DNA of 64,000 nucleotides from Patescibacteria group bacterium (GCA_018819405.1 JAHJQF010000001.1:162097-226096), one strand, 5' to 3'; numbered from the stretch's first letter, positions 1-10,053 are shown. The notes: generated by a model not told the origin, from the sequence alone. Numbers and translations: made by a program.

Positions 1-140
1 CCGCCGGAGATCGGGGTGACTATTGCGAAGTAGCAAAGTAGTGGCAAACGAAATGCCAAAAGCCCGAGCCTTGAGAGCTCTAGTCCTTGTATACATTGCC
101 CGGACTTAGAGACGAAAGAGTCTTCTCCGGCGGCTCTTTC
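1..140 (+). ncRNA. candidate structured RNA (unknown family, 5' end may lie outside the window)
   Basis: CCGCCGGAGA (1-10) pairs with TCTCCGGCGG (124-133); internal TCGGG/CCCGA, TGGCA/TGCCA and AGTCC/GGACT stems; GC-rich, no ORF, followed by a T-rich tract. Confidence 0.45.
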
Positions 141-224
141 TTTTGCCAATTTTGTTGTGCCTGAACATAGTAGGCGCTTACAAAATTTAGCACCCTGAGA
201 AGCTTTAGGCGTAGTGGATGATAT

Positions 225-977
225 TTATATAAAATCGCCTCGTAAAAATTTTTTGCGTTTACTCTCTTGCATTTTCTCTATGGCATAACGTAGCGTAGTG
301 CGTGGTAAATTTTTATAATTAACTTGCAAAAATTTTTCTACTCTGACGCTATCTTTTTTCCAGGACTCTCTGAGCATCCAGCCGACCGCCTTGTACATCA
401 AATCTTCTTTATCTTTCAAAAGTATTTTTGATAATCTAAAACAATCATCAAGTTTACCTTCTCTGATAAATATCCAGGTAGAAACTATAGACATCCGACG
501 CTGCCAAAGATTTTCACTTTTGGCGTATTTGTACAATATTTGTTTTGACTCTAAACCATCTAATATTGCCTGACCCAAAATATAGTGGACCGACAAATCA
601 ACTAAGTCCCAATTATTTACATAATGGCTATACTGAAGATAAAAATCTAAAATCTTTTTTTGACTTTTACTGTCTTTGAATCTCCTAGCTTGTTTGCTTT
701 TTTCAACCAAAATCAAAATAGCTACGAGTCTTATCTCGTGAATAGGAGATTTGATAAGCTTGGCAAGCTCTATAAAACTCAAATCCAAAAATTGCCTAGC
801 TACTAACCTAGTATTTGGTACTGTGATACCTATAAATTTATCACCCTCACCATATTGCCCTTGGCCGGTTTTAAAAAACCATTGATTGGTTTTTTGCCGT
901 TCAAGTGAAGAATATTTTTTTAGTTCTTTTATCAAATCATTGGCTCCTGCCCCCTTAGAAATTCTATTATTTTTCAT
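225..977 (-). CDS. DNA alkylation repair protein (AlkD-like, HEAT repeats)
   Basis: FFKTGxGQYGEGDxFIG, NNWDLVD and KAVGWMLRE motifs. Confidence 0.85.
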   Translation of the reverse strand: MKNNRISKGAGANDLIKELKKYSSLERQKTNQWFFKTGQGQYGEGDKFIGITVPNTRLVARQFLDLSFIELAKLIKSPIHEIRLVAILILVEKSKQARRFKDSKSQKKILDFYLQYSHYVNNWDLVDLSVHYILGQAILDGLESKQILYKYAKSENLWQRRMSIVSTWIFIREGKLDDCFRLSKILLKDKEDLMYKAVGWMLRESWKKDSVRVEKFLQVNYKNLPRTTLRYAIEKMQESKRKKFLRGDFI

Positions 978-997
978 AACTATATTATTTATTTTGT

Positions 998-1028
998 CCC
1001 CAAAAAATTTTGTAAATTTCTAACGGGG
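998..1028. repeat. partial CTAACGGG palindromic element
   Basis: CCCC...AAATTT-TGT-AAATTTCTAACGGGG; same half-site as 1461-1526, 5625-5812, 24430-24504, 27929-27991. Confidence 0.6.
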
Positions 1029-1146
1029 TTTATAAATTATAATTTATATATAGCCTACTATAAAAATATATAACTTTGGTAAATAAAAAACAAGCTATAA
1101 TCCGGGCAACACACAAGTGGATTAGAGCTTGTTTTAAAAAGCAAAA

Positions 1147-1458
1147 TTATTTTTTTTCTTCGTTTTTTTGGCTAACAGCGGGAGTTGGTTTTGCTCCAGA
1201 CTTTTTGATCATCTTGGCAAATCTTACTTTTTTACGGTCAGCTGTGTTAGCTTTCAAGATGCCAGCTCTGACGGCCTTATCAACTGTTTTCTGCAGCTTG
1301 TGAGTAAGCTCACCAGCTTTTTTATCAATTTCACCGGCGGCAACTGCCTTTTGTCCGCTCTTGATAATTTCTTTGATACTTCTTTTAACCAAAGAATTAC
1401 GCTCAGTGCGCTTCTTGGTCTGTTTCAAGTGTTTTTCCTGTGCTTTACGATTTGGCAT
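1147..1458 (-). CDS. rpsT: 30S ribosomal protein S20
   Basis: MPNRKAQEKHLKQTKKRTERN...VDKAVRAGILKANTADRKK. Confidence 0.95.
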   Translation of the reverse strand: MPNRKAQEKHLKQTKKRTERNSLVKRSIKEIIKSGQKAVAAGEIDKKAGELTHKLQKTVDKAVRAGILKANTADRKKVRFAKMIKKSGAKPTPAVSQKNEEKK

Positions 1459-1460
1459 AG

Positions 1461-1526
1461 CCCGTTAGAAATTAATTGTCTTTATTGTTGCCCCATCCGT
1501 AGAGAAATACTAGTATTTCTAAAGGG
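1461..1526. mobile_element. MITE-like CTAACGGG element at the rpsT start codon
   Basis: CCCGTTAGAAAT (1461-1472) ... ATTTCTAAAGGG (1515-1526), plus an internal half-site at 1491-1508. Confidence 0.6.
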
Positions 1527-1579
1527 CATAAATATTTATCTTCTTAAGTTAAGACTTGTAAGATATTATCATAAAAATA

Positions 1580-2683
1580 CTAGTCCGTCAAGTCTAAGAA
1601 ATATCTATTTAAGCTGTCTATTACATACGGCGGTTCTATACGTTTTTTGGCTAATGTTGGCTTATCTATTTGGTCAAAAACAATAGCCTGGTCCACTGAA
1701 AAATCACCTATTTTATCTCTTCTGAGATCCGCTAAAAGAGCGCCTGTCTTCATAGCTTGGCCCAAATCATCAGCTAGACTACGGATATAAGTACCCACTG
1801 AGCAGCTTACTTCCAGCTTCAAATTTGGATATCTAAAACTTTTTATTTTCAAGTTATAAATTTCTATCTCCTTGGCGGGTCTAGCTACTTCCTTGCCTTG
1901 TCTAGCTAGCTTGTGTAATTTTTGTCCGCCTATTTTTTTGGCACTATAGATAGGGGCTAACTGAATTTGTCTGCCGACGAATTTTTGTAATACTTTTTCC
2001 AATTCATTTTGGGAAAAAGGTTTAGCTTTTTTATTTTGTGTTATTTTACCCTCCAAATCAAATGTATCTGATGTCTGACCAAATAAAATATCAGCTATAT
2101 ATATTTTTGGCCAAAAATGAAACCAATCAAGCAATCTAGTAGCAGAGCCAGTAGCTACTATCAAAAGACCAGAGGCAAGAGGATCAAGCGTGCCGGAAAA
2201 TCCAACTTTTTTTATATTTAAAATTTTTCTAAAAATAGTCACCACATTAAAAGAATTGACGCCTTTCTTTTTATCAACCAGATAAATACCAGTATTTCTA
2301 TCTTCCAAAACTGATCTTAATTTTGAACTTTTAAAAATCTCTGGGCTGACCAGGGGAATAATTTTTTTATTTTTAAAATCCGAAAAAATTTTATGGAGCA
2401 TCAACTGATCCTGACCAAAAACTAAAATATCCGGTTTTAAATCAGTTAAAATTTCTCCAGCGTTTTGCTTGTTTCTAAGATATACTTCAAGACCCAACTT
2501 TTGTAGTTGATTTTTTCGCAAACTTTCTTTGTTGTAGGGTAAATAATTTCTAAACTTGCCAATAGCTTGGTCTGATTCTAATACTACTGTCACCTGCCCT
2601 AATTTCCTAGCAGACCTGATGAGTTCCATATGCCCAGGATGTAATATATCAAATTTACCAAAAATTATAACACGCTTGGCCAT
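1580..2683 (-). CDS. truB: fusion: cytidylyltransferase-like (HxGH; RibL/FAD synthase-like) N-terminal domain + tRNA pseudouridine(55) synthase
   Basis: N-term FGKFDILHPGH; C-term KKVGFSGTLDPLASG, APIYSAKKIGG, GTYIRSL. Confidence 0.85.
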   Translation of the reverse strand: MAKRVIIFGKFDILHPGHMELIRSARKLGQVTVVLESDQAIGKFRNYLPYNKESLRKNQLQKLGLEVYLRNKQNAGEILTDLKPDILVFGQDQLMLHKIFSDFKNKKIIPLVSPEIFKSSKLRSVLEDRNTGIYLVDKKKGVNSFNVVTIFRKILNIKKVGFSGTLDPLASGLLIVATGSATRLLDWFHFWPKIYIADILFGQTSDTFDLEGKITQNKKAKPFSQNELEKVLQKFVGRQIQLAPIYSAKKIGGQKLHKLARQGKEVARPAKEIEIYNLKIKSFRYPNLKLEVSCSVGTYIRSLADDLGQAMKTGALLADLRRDKIGDFSVDQAIVFDQIDKPTLAKKRIEPPYVIDSLNRYFLDLTD

Positions 2684-2688
2684 AGGTA

Positions 2689-5622
2689 TTATTCTTCCAG
2701 ATTAACTATTATACCAGGCGTGGTAATCAATCTGTCTGAAAGATCTTTGACCACCATAAACAATTTGTATATTCCTGGACCAAGATCTTTATCCCAAACA
2801 ACTGACAAATTATTTTGATAAGGATTTTCAATATAGGTAAACCAATGAGATTGATTTTCCGGATCAAGATAATAAAAATCTATTTTCTTTACTTGAGTTG
2901 GTTGATCAATATTTAATTCCAAAGTATAGGGAGCATTAGATAGTTTGAGATTAGCCCCATTAGCTGGTGAAATCCAAACTAAATTAAATTGTCTATCAGC
3001 GGCATCCAGATTGATGTCTATATTCATAGAAGTTTCTTTGAAATTATCCAGATCATCAAAAGCAATGGCTTTTAGAGCATGCTGTCCGTTGCTAACAAAA
3101 GGATTAACTTGATAATTAAGATTATATGGGGAATCATAAACTTTGCCGACTAGATTGTCATCCAAGAAAAATTCAACTCTGGAGATGCCACGAGGTGCAT
3201 CAGCATCTACCTGCATATTAAATACAGCCTCATTGATATTTTGATTTTGGCTTGGGCTAACCCAAGAAATTGACGGTCTAAGCTCTGGCCTATGAATATC
3301 ATCATATACTGTAGGGGCTCTTTCTGACTCAAAGCCCTGCTCTTCTGCCCAAGCCAGAATAGGACCCTCCCATAGATTGAACTGAGGCTCGTTGTTTGGA
3401 TCGTCAAGCGGGTCGCCCAAGGGATCATTTATATTTACATAATATAAAATACTATGAGTTTCTAAAAAATTCTTTTTTTCTCTGGTGGTATATGGCGTAT
3501 ATTCAGTGGCTAATTTACCACTCATGTTATCAATCTCTACTGGTTCTGCCCCAGACAGCTTACCGCAGACCATTGGTTTGGAGCAGCTATTAAGTTCTTG
3601 TTTTTTAAAATCTTTTACCTCCATACCAGCTGTGACTTCACGCATAAATTTGTTCCAAATTGGCGCAGCTACCACCGAACCGCTGGCTCCCTGTTTCATC
3701 TCAGTATTATTATTGTTGCCCACCCAAACACCCGTGGCAATCTGAGGAGTAAATCCAATAGTCCAAGCATCACGATAATCATTGGTAGTACCAGTCTTAG
3801 CGGCCACTGATCTATCAGGCAAAGTCAGATAATTACTCTCACCAAATACATAAGCTCTAGCAGCATTATCAGATAAAATATCATTGAGCATTCTGACATA
3901 TTCTTTATCAATCACCCTGCGTCCTTTTTCTTCTCCGTTTTCTTCTATAATCTTGCCCTTGGAATCTTTTATTTCCAAAACTGCTATGGTATTTTTATAA
4001 ACTCCTTCTCTGGCAAAAGTGGCATAACCATTGGTATGCTCCAGTAGTTTTACTTCAGCTCCTCCCAACACCAAAGATAAACCATAACGATCAGGATCGG
4101 TCAAAGTAGTATAGCCAAAATCAGCTGCTAAATCTGTTACATTTCTGACCCCGGCTAAATATAAAGCCTTTACTGCCGGGATATTAAGAGACCCCGCCAA
4201 GGCTTGTTTGATACTTACCGGGCCATGTTGTACCTGATCATAGTTACGCGGTTCATATTTGTCCCCTGAAGAGGCAAAATTGGTCAAAACATCATAAAGT
4301 ATAGTATCAGGCCTATACCCCTTTTCAAAAGCTTTTAGATAAACTAAAGGTTTGAGCGAACTACCAGGCTGTCTATCTGAAACGACCACATTTACCTGAC
4401 CATCTATCTCATCATCAAAATAGTTTTTGGAGCCTACCATAGCCAATATTTGAGCACTCTCTGTATCAAGAGAAACTAAGGCCGCATTGGAAGCATTATA
4501 ATTTTCGCTGTTTCTAGGAGCAATTTCATTTATAGCTGCCTCCGCTTTTTGTTGGGCTGACCAATCAAGTGAAGTCTTTATCTCCCAGCCGCTTTGTTGC
4601 ACCAAAGAGGCTCCATATTTTTGTTCCAAAAGTTCACGCACATACATCACAAAATGTGGTGCTTTTATTTGCTCAGCTCTTTTCTTAAATACTAATCCCT
4701 GGTTTTTGGCAGCCTCAGCCTCATCTTTTGTAATGTAACCCTGATCGACCATCAAATCCAAAATATATTGCTGACGACCAGTCAATAAATCACGATTATT
4801 TCCATAGGGTGAATAAAGAGTTGGCGCTTGTGGTAAAGCTGCTAGTATTGCCGCCTCAGCCAAAGTCAACTCTTGAACATGTTTATCAAAATAATATTGT
4901 GAAGCGGCTTCTACTCCATAAACTGCGCCGCCATAGGGTATTTCATTAAAATAAAATTCTAATATTTGGTCTTTGCTGAATTTTTGTTCAAGTCTATATG
5001 ACAAAATCCATTCTTTTATTTTTCTGGATATTTTTCTTTCGTCCGTTAGGATGGCATTTTTGACAAACTGTTGGGTGAGAGTAGATCCTCCCTGAGAACG
5101 TCTGCCTTGTAAGCGAGGGACAATTTGTCCTCGTATAATGCCCCAAACAGAAATACCTTGGTGGTCATAAAAATTTTTGTCCTCCATGGCAATGGTGGCA
5201 TTTTTGACATAGTCTGGAATCTCAGTAATAGATACCTGAGTTCTATTTTCAGCGCCATGTACTTCATAAAGTAAAACCTCGCCGGTCCTGTCATATATTT
5301 TAGTTGACAGTGCTACCGAACGATCAAGTAGCTTGCCCGGTTCTGGTAAATCTCGTGAGTACCAAGCCACCATTCCAATAAATACAATGCCTCCTAGGAA
5401 AATCAGACCCAGTATATGAGGCCAAAACCTCTTAAATAGCTTCCTAATCCAGCCTGAGCCATTAGATTTTTTAGGACCAGAACCCTTTTTATACAAAAAA
5501 CGCCCAGAAAAAACCTTTTTTTTGGCTTTTATACCATCAGTTATAGGCTTGTGAGCAAACTGAGGGATATTGTCACCAATCTTTTTTTTGGTGAAATTTG
5601 ACTGAAAATGTGGTATTGGCAT
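2689..5622 (-). CDS. class A penicillin-binding protein (transglycosylase + transpeptidase) with C-terminal Ig-like domains
   Basis: EDKNFYDH, GGSTLTQQ, RKIKE, QPGSSLKP (SxxK), SLN, KTG motifs. Confidence 0.92.
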   Translation of the reverse strand: MPIPHFQSNFTKKKIGDNIPQFAHKPITDGIKAKKKVFSGRFLYKKGSGPKKSNGSGWIRKLFKRFWPHILGLIFLGGIVFIGMVAWYSRDLPEPGKLLDRSVALSTKIYDRTGEVLLYEVHGAENRTQVSITEIPDYVKNATIAMEDKNFYDHQGISVWGIIRGQIVPRLQGRRSQGGSTLTQQFVKNAILTDERKISRKIKEWILSYRLEQKFSKDQILEFYFNEIPYGGAVYGVEAASQYYFDKHVQELTLAEAAILAALPQAPTLYSPYGNNRDLLTGRQQYILDLMVDQGYITKDEAEAAKNQGLVFKKRAEQIKAPHFVMYVRELLEQKYGASLVQQSGWEIKTSLDWSAQQKAEAAINEIAPRNSENYNASNAALVSLDTESAQILAMVGSKNYFDDEIDGQVNVVVSDRQPGSSLKPLVYLKAFEKGYRPDTILYDVLTNFASSGDKYEPRNYDQVQHGPVSIKQALAGSLNIPAVKALYLAGVRNVTDLAADFGYTTLTDPDRYGLSLVLGGAEVKLLEHTNGYATFAREGVYKNTIAVLEIKDSKGKIIEENGEEKGRRVIDKEYVRMLNDILSDNAARAYVFGESNYLTLPDRSVAAKTGTTNDYRDAWTIGFTPQIATGVWVGNNNNTEMKQGASGSVVAAPIWNKFMREVTAGMEVKDFKKQELNSCSKPMVCGKLSGAEPVEIDNMSGKLATEYTPYTTREKKNFLETHSILYYVNINDPLGDPLDDPNNEPQFNLWEGPILAWAEEQGFESERAPTVYDDIHRPELRPSISWVSPSQNQNINEAVFNMQVDADAPRGISRVEFFLDDNLVGKVYDSPYNLNYQVNPFVSNGQHALKAIAFDDLDNFKETSMNIDINLDAADRQFNLVWISPANGANLKLSNAPYTLELNIDQPTQVKKIDFYYLDPENQSHWFTYIENPYQNNLSVVWDKDLGPGIYKLFMVVKDLSDRLITTPGIIVNLEE

Positions 5623-5624
5623 AT

Positions 5625-5812
5625 CCCGTTAGAAATTTAAATAATTTTTTAATCTATTTTTTATATATTTTTTACCCATTCCTGATTTTATAAATAACAC
5701 TTGACCAGAGCTATTCTTCTTTATTCTAGCATTAATATCATTACTAAGACCAGTATACCATTTTTTATCTACTAGACTAGACCATATATTGTTTGACTTT
5801 ATTTCTAACGGG
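5625..5812. mobile_element. CTAACGGG inverted-repeat element carrying a GIY-YIG remnant
   Basis: perfect 12-bp inverted repeats CCCGTTAGAAAT (5625-5636) / ATTTCTAACGGG (5801-5812). Confidence 0.7.
5629..5790 (-). pseudogene. decayed GIY-YIG nuclease (N-terminus and central segment missing)
   Basis: DKKWYTGLSNDINARIKK..SG joined directly to IKSGMGKKYIKNRLKNYL; the catalytic-Glu helix is absent. Confidence 0.7.
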
Positions 5813-5860
5813 ACATAGTATTTCAATTATAGCAAAAATAAGCTATAATTTGAATACAAA

Positions 5861-5924
5861 CCCCACACCTTTTTAGAGTTTAATACTCGTATAAAGTATA
5901 TAATAAATCAAAAAAGGTGCTGGG
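5861..5924. repeat. CCCCACACC/GGTGCTGGG inverted-repeat element
   Basis: CCCCACACCTTTTT ... AAAAAGGTGCTGGG; related to 15823-15858 and 39964-40000. Confidence 0.5.
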
Positions 5925-5952
5925 TGAAAGTATTAAAAATGAGAGTAAAAGT

Positions 5953-7149
5953 ATGTCTAAGATTAATACAGATACAGAAAAAATTCAAGAGCTATTGACC
6001 CGTGGGGTTGAGGAAGTGATTGATAAAAACAATTTAGAAAAAAAATTAAGGTCGGGCAAAATGCTCCGCGTTAAACTTGGTATTGATCCCACTAGCCCAA
6101 ATTTGCATCTTGGCCGCGCTATACCATTACTCAAACTAAGAGATTTCCAAGAACTGGGGCATAAAATAGTTTTTATTATTGGTGACTTCACTGGTGTCAT
6201 TGGTGATACCTCCGATAAAGAAAGCGAAAGACCAATGCTGGACGAAAAAACCATCCAGCAAAATATGAAAAATTATGTCAATCAAGTAAAAAAAATACTA
6301 GACATCAAAAAATGCGAAATCCGCTACAACAGCCAGTGGCTGAAAAAATTAAACTACCACAATATCGGTCAGCAAGCTGACATCTTTTCTCTCAATGAAT
6401 TCATCTCCCGAGAAAACATTGCCAAAAGATTAAAAGCCGGCAAACGCATTTCTTTGCGCGAACTTCTTTATCCTCTAATGCAGGGCTATGATTCGGTAGC
6501 TATTAAAGCTGATGTGGAAATAGGCGGCACTGACCAAAGATTCAATCTTTTGGCTGGTAGAGAATTGCAAAGACACTACCAACAAATTCCCCAAGATATC
6601 ATCACCAATCCCCTAATCGCTGGTTTGGACGGTCGCAAAATGAGCTCCAGCTGGGGCAATACCATAAACCTCTTGGACAATGCCAAAGATATGTACGGCA
6701 AAATCATGTCTTTGCGTGATGATTTAATTATTCAATATTTTACGCTATCCACTCGCCTGCCAATGGCTACTATTGATAAATACCAAAAAGAATTGACTGA
6801 GGGGAAAAATCCCCGCGACTATAAAATACAATTGGCCAAAGAAATTGTCGCCTTTTATCATTCCAGCTCAGAAGCGGAAAAAGCCAGTCAGGAATTTATT
6901 AAAATTTTTAGCAAAAAAGAAAAGCCAAGCGATATAGAAGAGTTTGCTATAAGCGCCAGCAAAATCAATCCGGCTGATTTGCTACTGCAAATGAAACTAA
7001 CCAATTCCAAAAGCGATGCCAGGCGCCTGATAGATGGTGGTGGCTTGAAACTAAATGACCAAAAAATAATTTCCTGGAAAAACGATATTACCATAAAATC
7101 CGGAGATATAATTCAGGCCGGCAAAAGGAAATTCGGAAAAGTAAAATAA
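5953..7149 (+). CDS. tyrS: tyrosine--tRNA ligase
   Basis: GIDPTSPNLHLGR, GGTDQRFN, KMSSS, C-terminal S4 domain; ATG at 5953 preferred. Confidence 0.95.
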   Translation: MSKINTDTEKIQELLTRGVEEVIDKNNLEKKLRSGKMLRVKLGIDPTSPNLHLGRAIPLLKLRDFQELGHKIVFIIGDFTGVIGDTSDKESERPMLDEKTIQQNMKNYVNQVKKILDIKKCEIRYNSQWLKKLNYHNIGQQADIFSLNEFISRENIAKRLKAGKRISLRELLYPLMQGYDSVAIKADVEIGGTDQRFNLLAGRELQRHYQQIPQDIITNPLIAGLDGRKMSSSWGNTINLLDNAKDMYGKIMSLRDDLIIQYFTLSTRLPMATIDKYQKELTEGKNPRDYKIQLAKEIVAFYHSSSEAEKASQEFIKIFSKKEKPSDIEEFAISASKINPADLLLQMKLTNSKSDARRLIDGGGLKLNDQKIISWKNDITIKSGDIIQAGKRKFGKVK

Positions 7150-7179
7150 AAAAGTAATTTTAATATTAACTACATATTG

Positions 7180-7530
7180 ATGACACTATTTAAAAAAAGA
7201 GCCGCTTGGCGCATTGGGCCATTCTGGTTTTTTTGGATAAATATGGGATACCTTTTTGGAAAAATTGAAATTTTAGAAGATAAAATAAAAATTATCATTC
7301 CTTTTAAAACCTACGAAATTAAAAAACAAAATATACTGGCAATAGAGCAAGTAAAAAGTATCAAAGAAAAAGGATTGTATTATCGCCAATTTGGTTACCC
7401 TATGTTTAGAGTGCAACACAATGACCCGAGATACAAAAATATCAAATTTTTCTTTTCCCTCGGCGGTAAAAAAAATACTCAAAAATCACTACTAATGGCC
7501 TTAAAAAAAGCAAAAATAAAATATACATAA
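7180..7530 (+). CDS. hypothetical protein
   Basis: open frame directly after tyrS; no recognised motif. Confidence 0.55.
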   Translation: MTLFKKRAAWRIGPFWFFWINMGYLFGKIEILEDKIKIIIPFKTYEIKKQNILAIEQVKSIKEKGLYYRQFGYPMFRVQHNDPRYKNIKFFFSLGGKKNTQKSLLMALKKAKIKYT

Positions 7531-7621
7531 AAATACAAAAAAAATGAAAAATGGGACAAGAAATAATACTCTTGCCCCACTTTGTTTTTTAGGGACCTCT
7601 TTCCCTTAAAAGGTTATACTA

Positions 7622-8563
7622 CTATTTCAAATCTTTTCTATAAAACTCAGCAGCGTCATCAGGATCTATTGGATTGATGATAAGTCCAGATCCAATCTCC
7701 ACTCCGGCCCAGACTGAACCGCGCGGTACTATTTTCATATAAAGATGTTGGTCATTGTCATTGATGACCTGATGAAAATAAAAATTATAAGGCAAATCAA
7801 GCTGACCAATTTTTATTAAAATATGTTTTAGGATTTTGGCAAATGAATTTCTCTCATCCTTTGTAAGCTCTGTGATATTGTCCCGATGAGCCAGAGGCAT
7901 AATCCAAACTTCATAATTGAACATGGAGGCATACGGGGTAAAGGCTACTACATTTTTATCTCTATAAATAAGCCGCGGCCCTTTTGATTCTTTATGTATT
8001 ACATCACAGTATACGCAGTGTCCGTGCTGAAGTTTATAAGCCTGCTGACGCTGACTTTTATCAAAAATATGTGGTGGTAAAAACTGAGTAGCAAATATCT
8101 GGCTATGAGAGTGCTGCAAACTAGCCCCAGCCACGCCACCATTATTTTTAAAAATCAAAATATATTCTATTTTTTTATCTTTGGAAATGGCTTTGGTCCT
8201 AGCCGCATAAGCTTCCAAAAGATCCGCTATCTGACTTACTGATAAATCCTCCAACTCTAGAGTATGATCAGATGTTTCTATCACTACTTCCTGATGACCG
8301 TAAGCTTTGGGGTTGTCTGTAGAGACTGCTGGATAAATATTTTTTATAATATTTATAGCCCAATCCTCTTTTCCGCCTTTGCGATATAAGCTCTTTACAT
8401 CCTTTAGATTTGACGGACAAAAAATACAACTTGCTTCCAATTTTTTCTTGTGTTCACCTGGACGGACAGTATCATGTGGTCTTTTACCACGCTTGGGAGC
8501 AATAATTACATACTTTTCTTGGATATAGTCTTTCCTTATTTCTGGTTTGGTCATTTTTGACAT
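7622..8563 (-). CDS. GalT-like nucleotidyltransferase (hexose-1-phosphate uridylyltransferase / ADP-glucose phosphorylase family)
   Basis: RGKRP, CIFCP, GASLQHSHSQ (HxH), CVYC, AGVEIGSG. Confidence 0.85.
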   Translation of the reverse strand: MSKMTKPEIRKDYIQEKYVIIAPKRGKRPHDTVRPGEHKKKLEASCIFCPSNLKDVKSLYRKGGKEDWAINIIKNIYPAVSTDNPKAYGHQEVVIETSDHTLELEDLSVSQIADLLEAYAARTKAISKDKKIEYILIFKNNGGVAGASLQHSHSQIFATQFLPPHIFDKSQRQQAYKLQHGHCVYCDVIHKESKGPRLIYRDKNVVAFTPYASMFNYEVWIMPLAHRDNITELTKDERNSFAKILKHILIKIGQLDLPYNFYFHQVINDNDQHLYMKIVPRGSVWAGVEIGSGLIINPIDPDDAAEFYRKDLK

Positions 8564-8587
8564 AATTATATTGAATTTATTGAAATA

Positions 8588-10051
8588 TTATTTTAACTTT
8601 TTATAAAGGCTTAGATATTTTTTGGCTGACATGTCCCAAGAAAAATCTTGTTTCATGCCATAAGTTATCATCTTTTTCATTTTAGCCTGATTCTGCCAAA
8701 TACGCAAAGAAATTTCTATAGCTTTGGCAGCTTCTGTTGGATTATATTTTTTAAAAACAATACCTGACTTATTATTTATCACAGTGTCTTTGAGACCGCC
8801 CGTAGCCCTGACAATAGGCACGGTACCATATCTCATAGCTATCATCTGCCCCAAACCGCAAGGCTCAAAACGAGACGGCATTAAGAAAAAATCTGAACCG
8901 GCATATATCTTTTGAGCCAAGGGGAGTGAAAAACTAATATTACTACTTACTTTTTCCGGATATTTTTTGGCCAGTTTTTTAAAAGCGTTTTCTATTTTGG
9001 GATGACCAGTGCCAAGCACTACTACTTGGAAGTCGTATTTTTTTAGATTTTTTTCCAAAGCTGGCACCAAAATATCAATGCCTTTTTGGCTAACCAAACG
9101 AGACACCAATCCCAAAACTGGTGTATCCTTAATTGGTAATTTTAGCTTCTTTTGCAAATCCTTTTTATTTATTTGCTTGGCTGAAACAAAATTTTGCAGA
9201 TTGTATTTCTTCTTCAAATTTTTGTCACGACTAGGATCAAACAATTTGGTATCAATCCCATTTAATATACCAAAAAGGTGTTTTTGACGCCGGCCGAGGT
9301 ATTCTTCAAGACCTTCACCATATTCTTTAGAAAGAATTTCTTTAGCATAGGTAGGACTGACAGTACTTATATAATCAGCCGATAAAATACCCACTTTCAT
9401 TGAGTCAATTTTTTGGCCATCTTTATCCAAATAATCCTCCATCAAAGCCGGAGTTAAGTGGGCATTTAAACCAGCGTAATCCAATATATCAAAACCGGTA
9501 ATACCCTGATGAGCTAGATTGTGAATAGTCAGGATACTTTTTATATTTTCAAAGTCTTTGTCACTCAAAGAATACTCATCTATAAAAGTCGGGGCCAAGG
9601 CCGTATGCCAATCATGAGCATGGATAATATCCGGTTTCCATTTCATGACTTTTATAGTTTCAATCACCGCCTTAGAAAAGAAAGCAAAGCGTTCTACGTC
9701 GCCCACTTTTTTCTTGGCACTTTGCTTGCTATCAATATAAACTTGTTTGGCATCAAAAATCCTATTTTTAATCAAATAAACAGGTACTTTGGAACCAGGT
9801 AAAAGACATTTATATAAATCGAACTTGTGCTCACGTTCGTTTATTTTGAGAGCAATATCCTTTTTATATAACTTAATATTATATTTTCTTTTATTTATCA
9901 AACCATAAAAAGGTAAAAATGTTTTTACATCCACTGAAAGCTTAACTAACGCCTGTGGCAATGAACCAACCACATCAGCCAATCCTCCTACTTTTACAAA
10001 TGGCGCCATTTCGGCGGCCATAAAAATAACTTGCATTTTATTTTTTGGCAT
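8588..10051 (-). CDS. glgA: glycogen synthase (GT5)
   Basis: KVGGLADV, HAHDWHT, PSRFEPCGL, TGGLKDTV. Confidence 0.93.
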   Translation of the reverse strand: MPKNKMQVIFMAAEMAPFVKVGGLADVVGSLPQALVKLSVDVKTFLPFYGLINKRKYNIKLYKKDIALKINEREHKFDLYKCLLPGSKVPVYLIKNRIFDAKQVYIDSKQSAKKKVGDVERFAFFSKAVIETIKVMKWKPDIIHAHDWHTALAPTFIDEYSLSDKDFENIKSILTIHNLAHQGITGFDILDYAGLNAHLTPALMEDYLDKDGQKIDSMKVGILSADYISTVSPTYAKEILSKEYGEGLEEYLGRRQKHLFGILNGIDTKLFDPSRDKNLKKKYNLQNFVSAKQINKKDLQKKLKLPIKDTPVLGLVSRLVSQKGIDILVPALEKNLKKYDFQVVVLGTGHPKIENAFKKLAKKYPEKVSSNISFSLPLAQKIYAGSDFFLMPSRFEPCGLGQMIAMRYGTVPIVRATGGLKDTVINNKSGIVFKKYNPTEAAKAIEISLRIWQNQAKMKKMITYGMKQDFSWDMSAKKYLSLYKKLK

Positions 10052-10053
10052 TT

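Noticed and set aside
1168-1686. 172-aa + strand ORF and the many other antisense ORFs in the track (for example 12932, 14941, 19508, 37775, 40152)
   Set aside because: Shadow frames opposite well-supported genes, with no motifs or ribosome-binding sites
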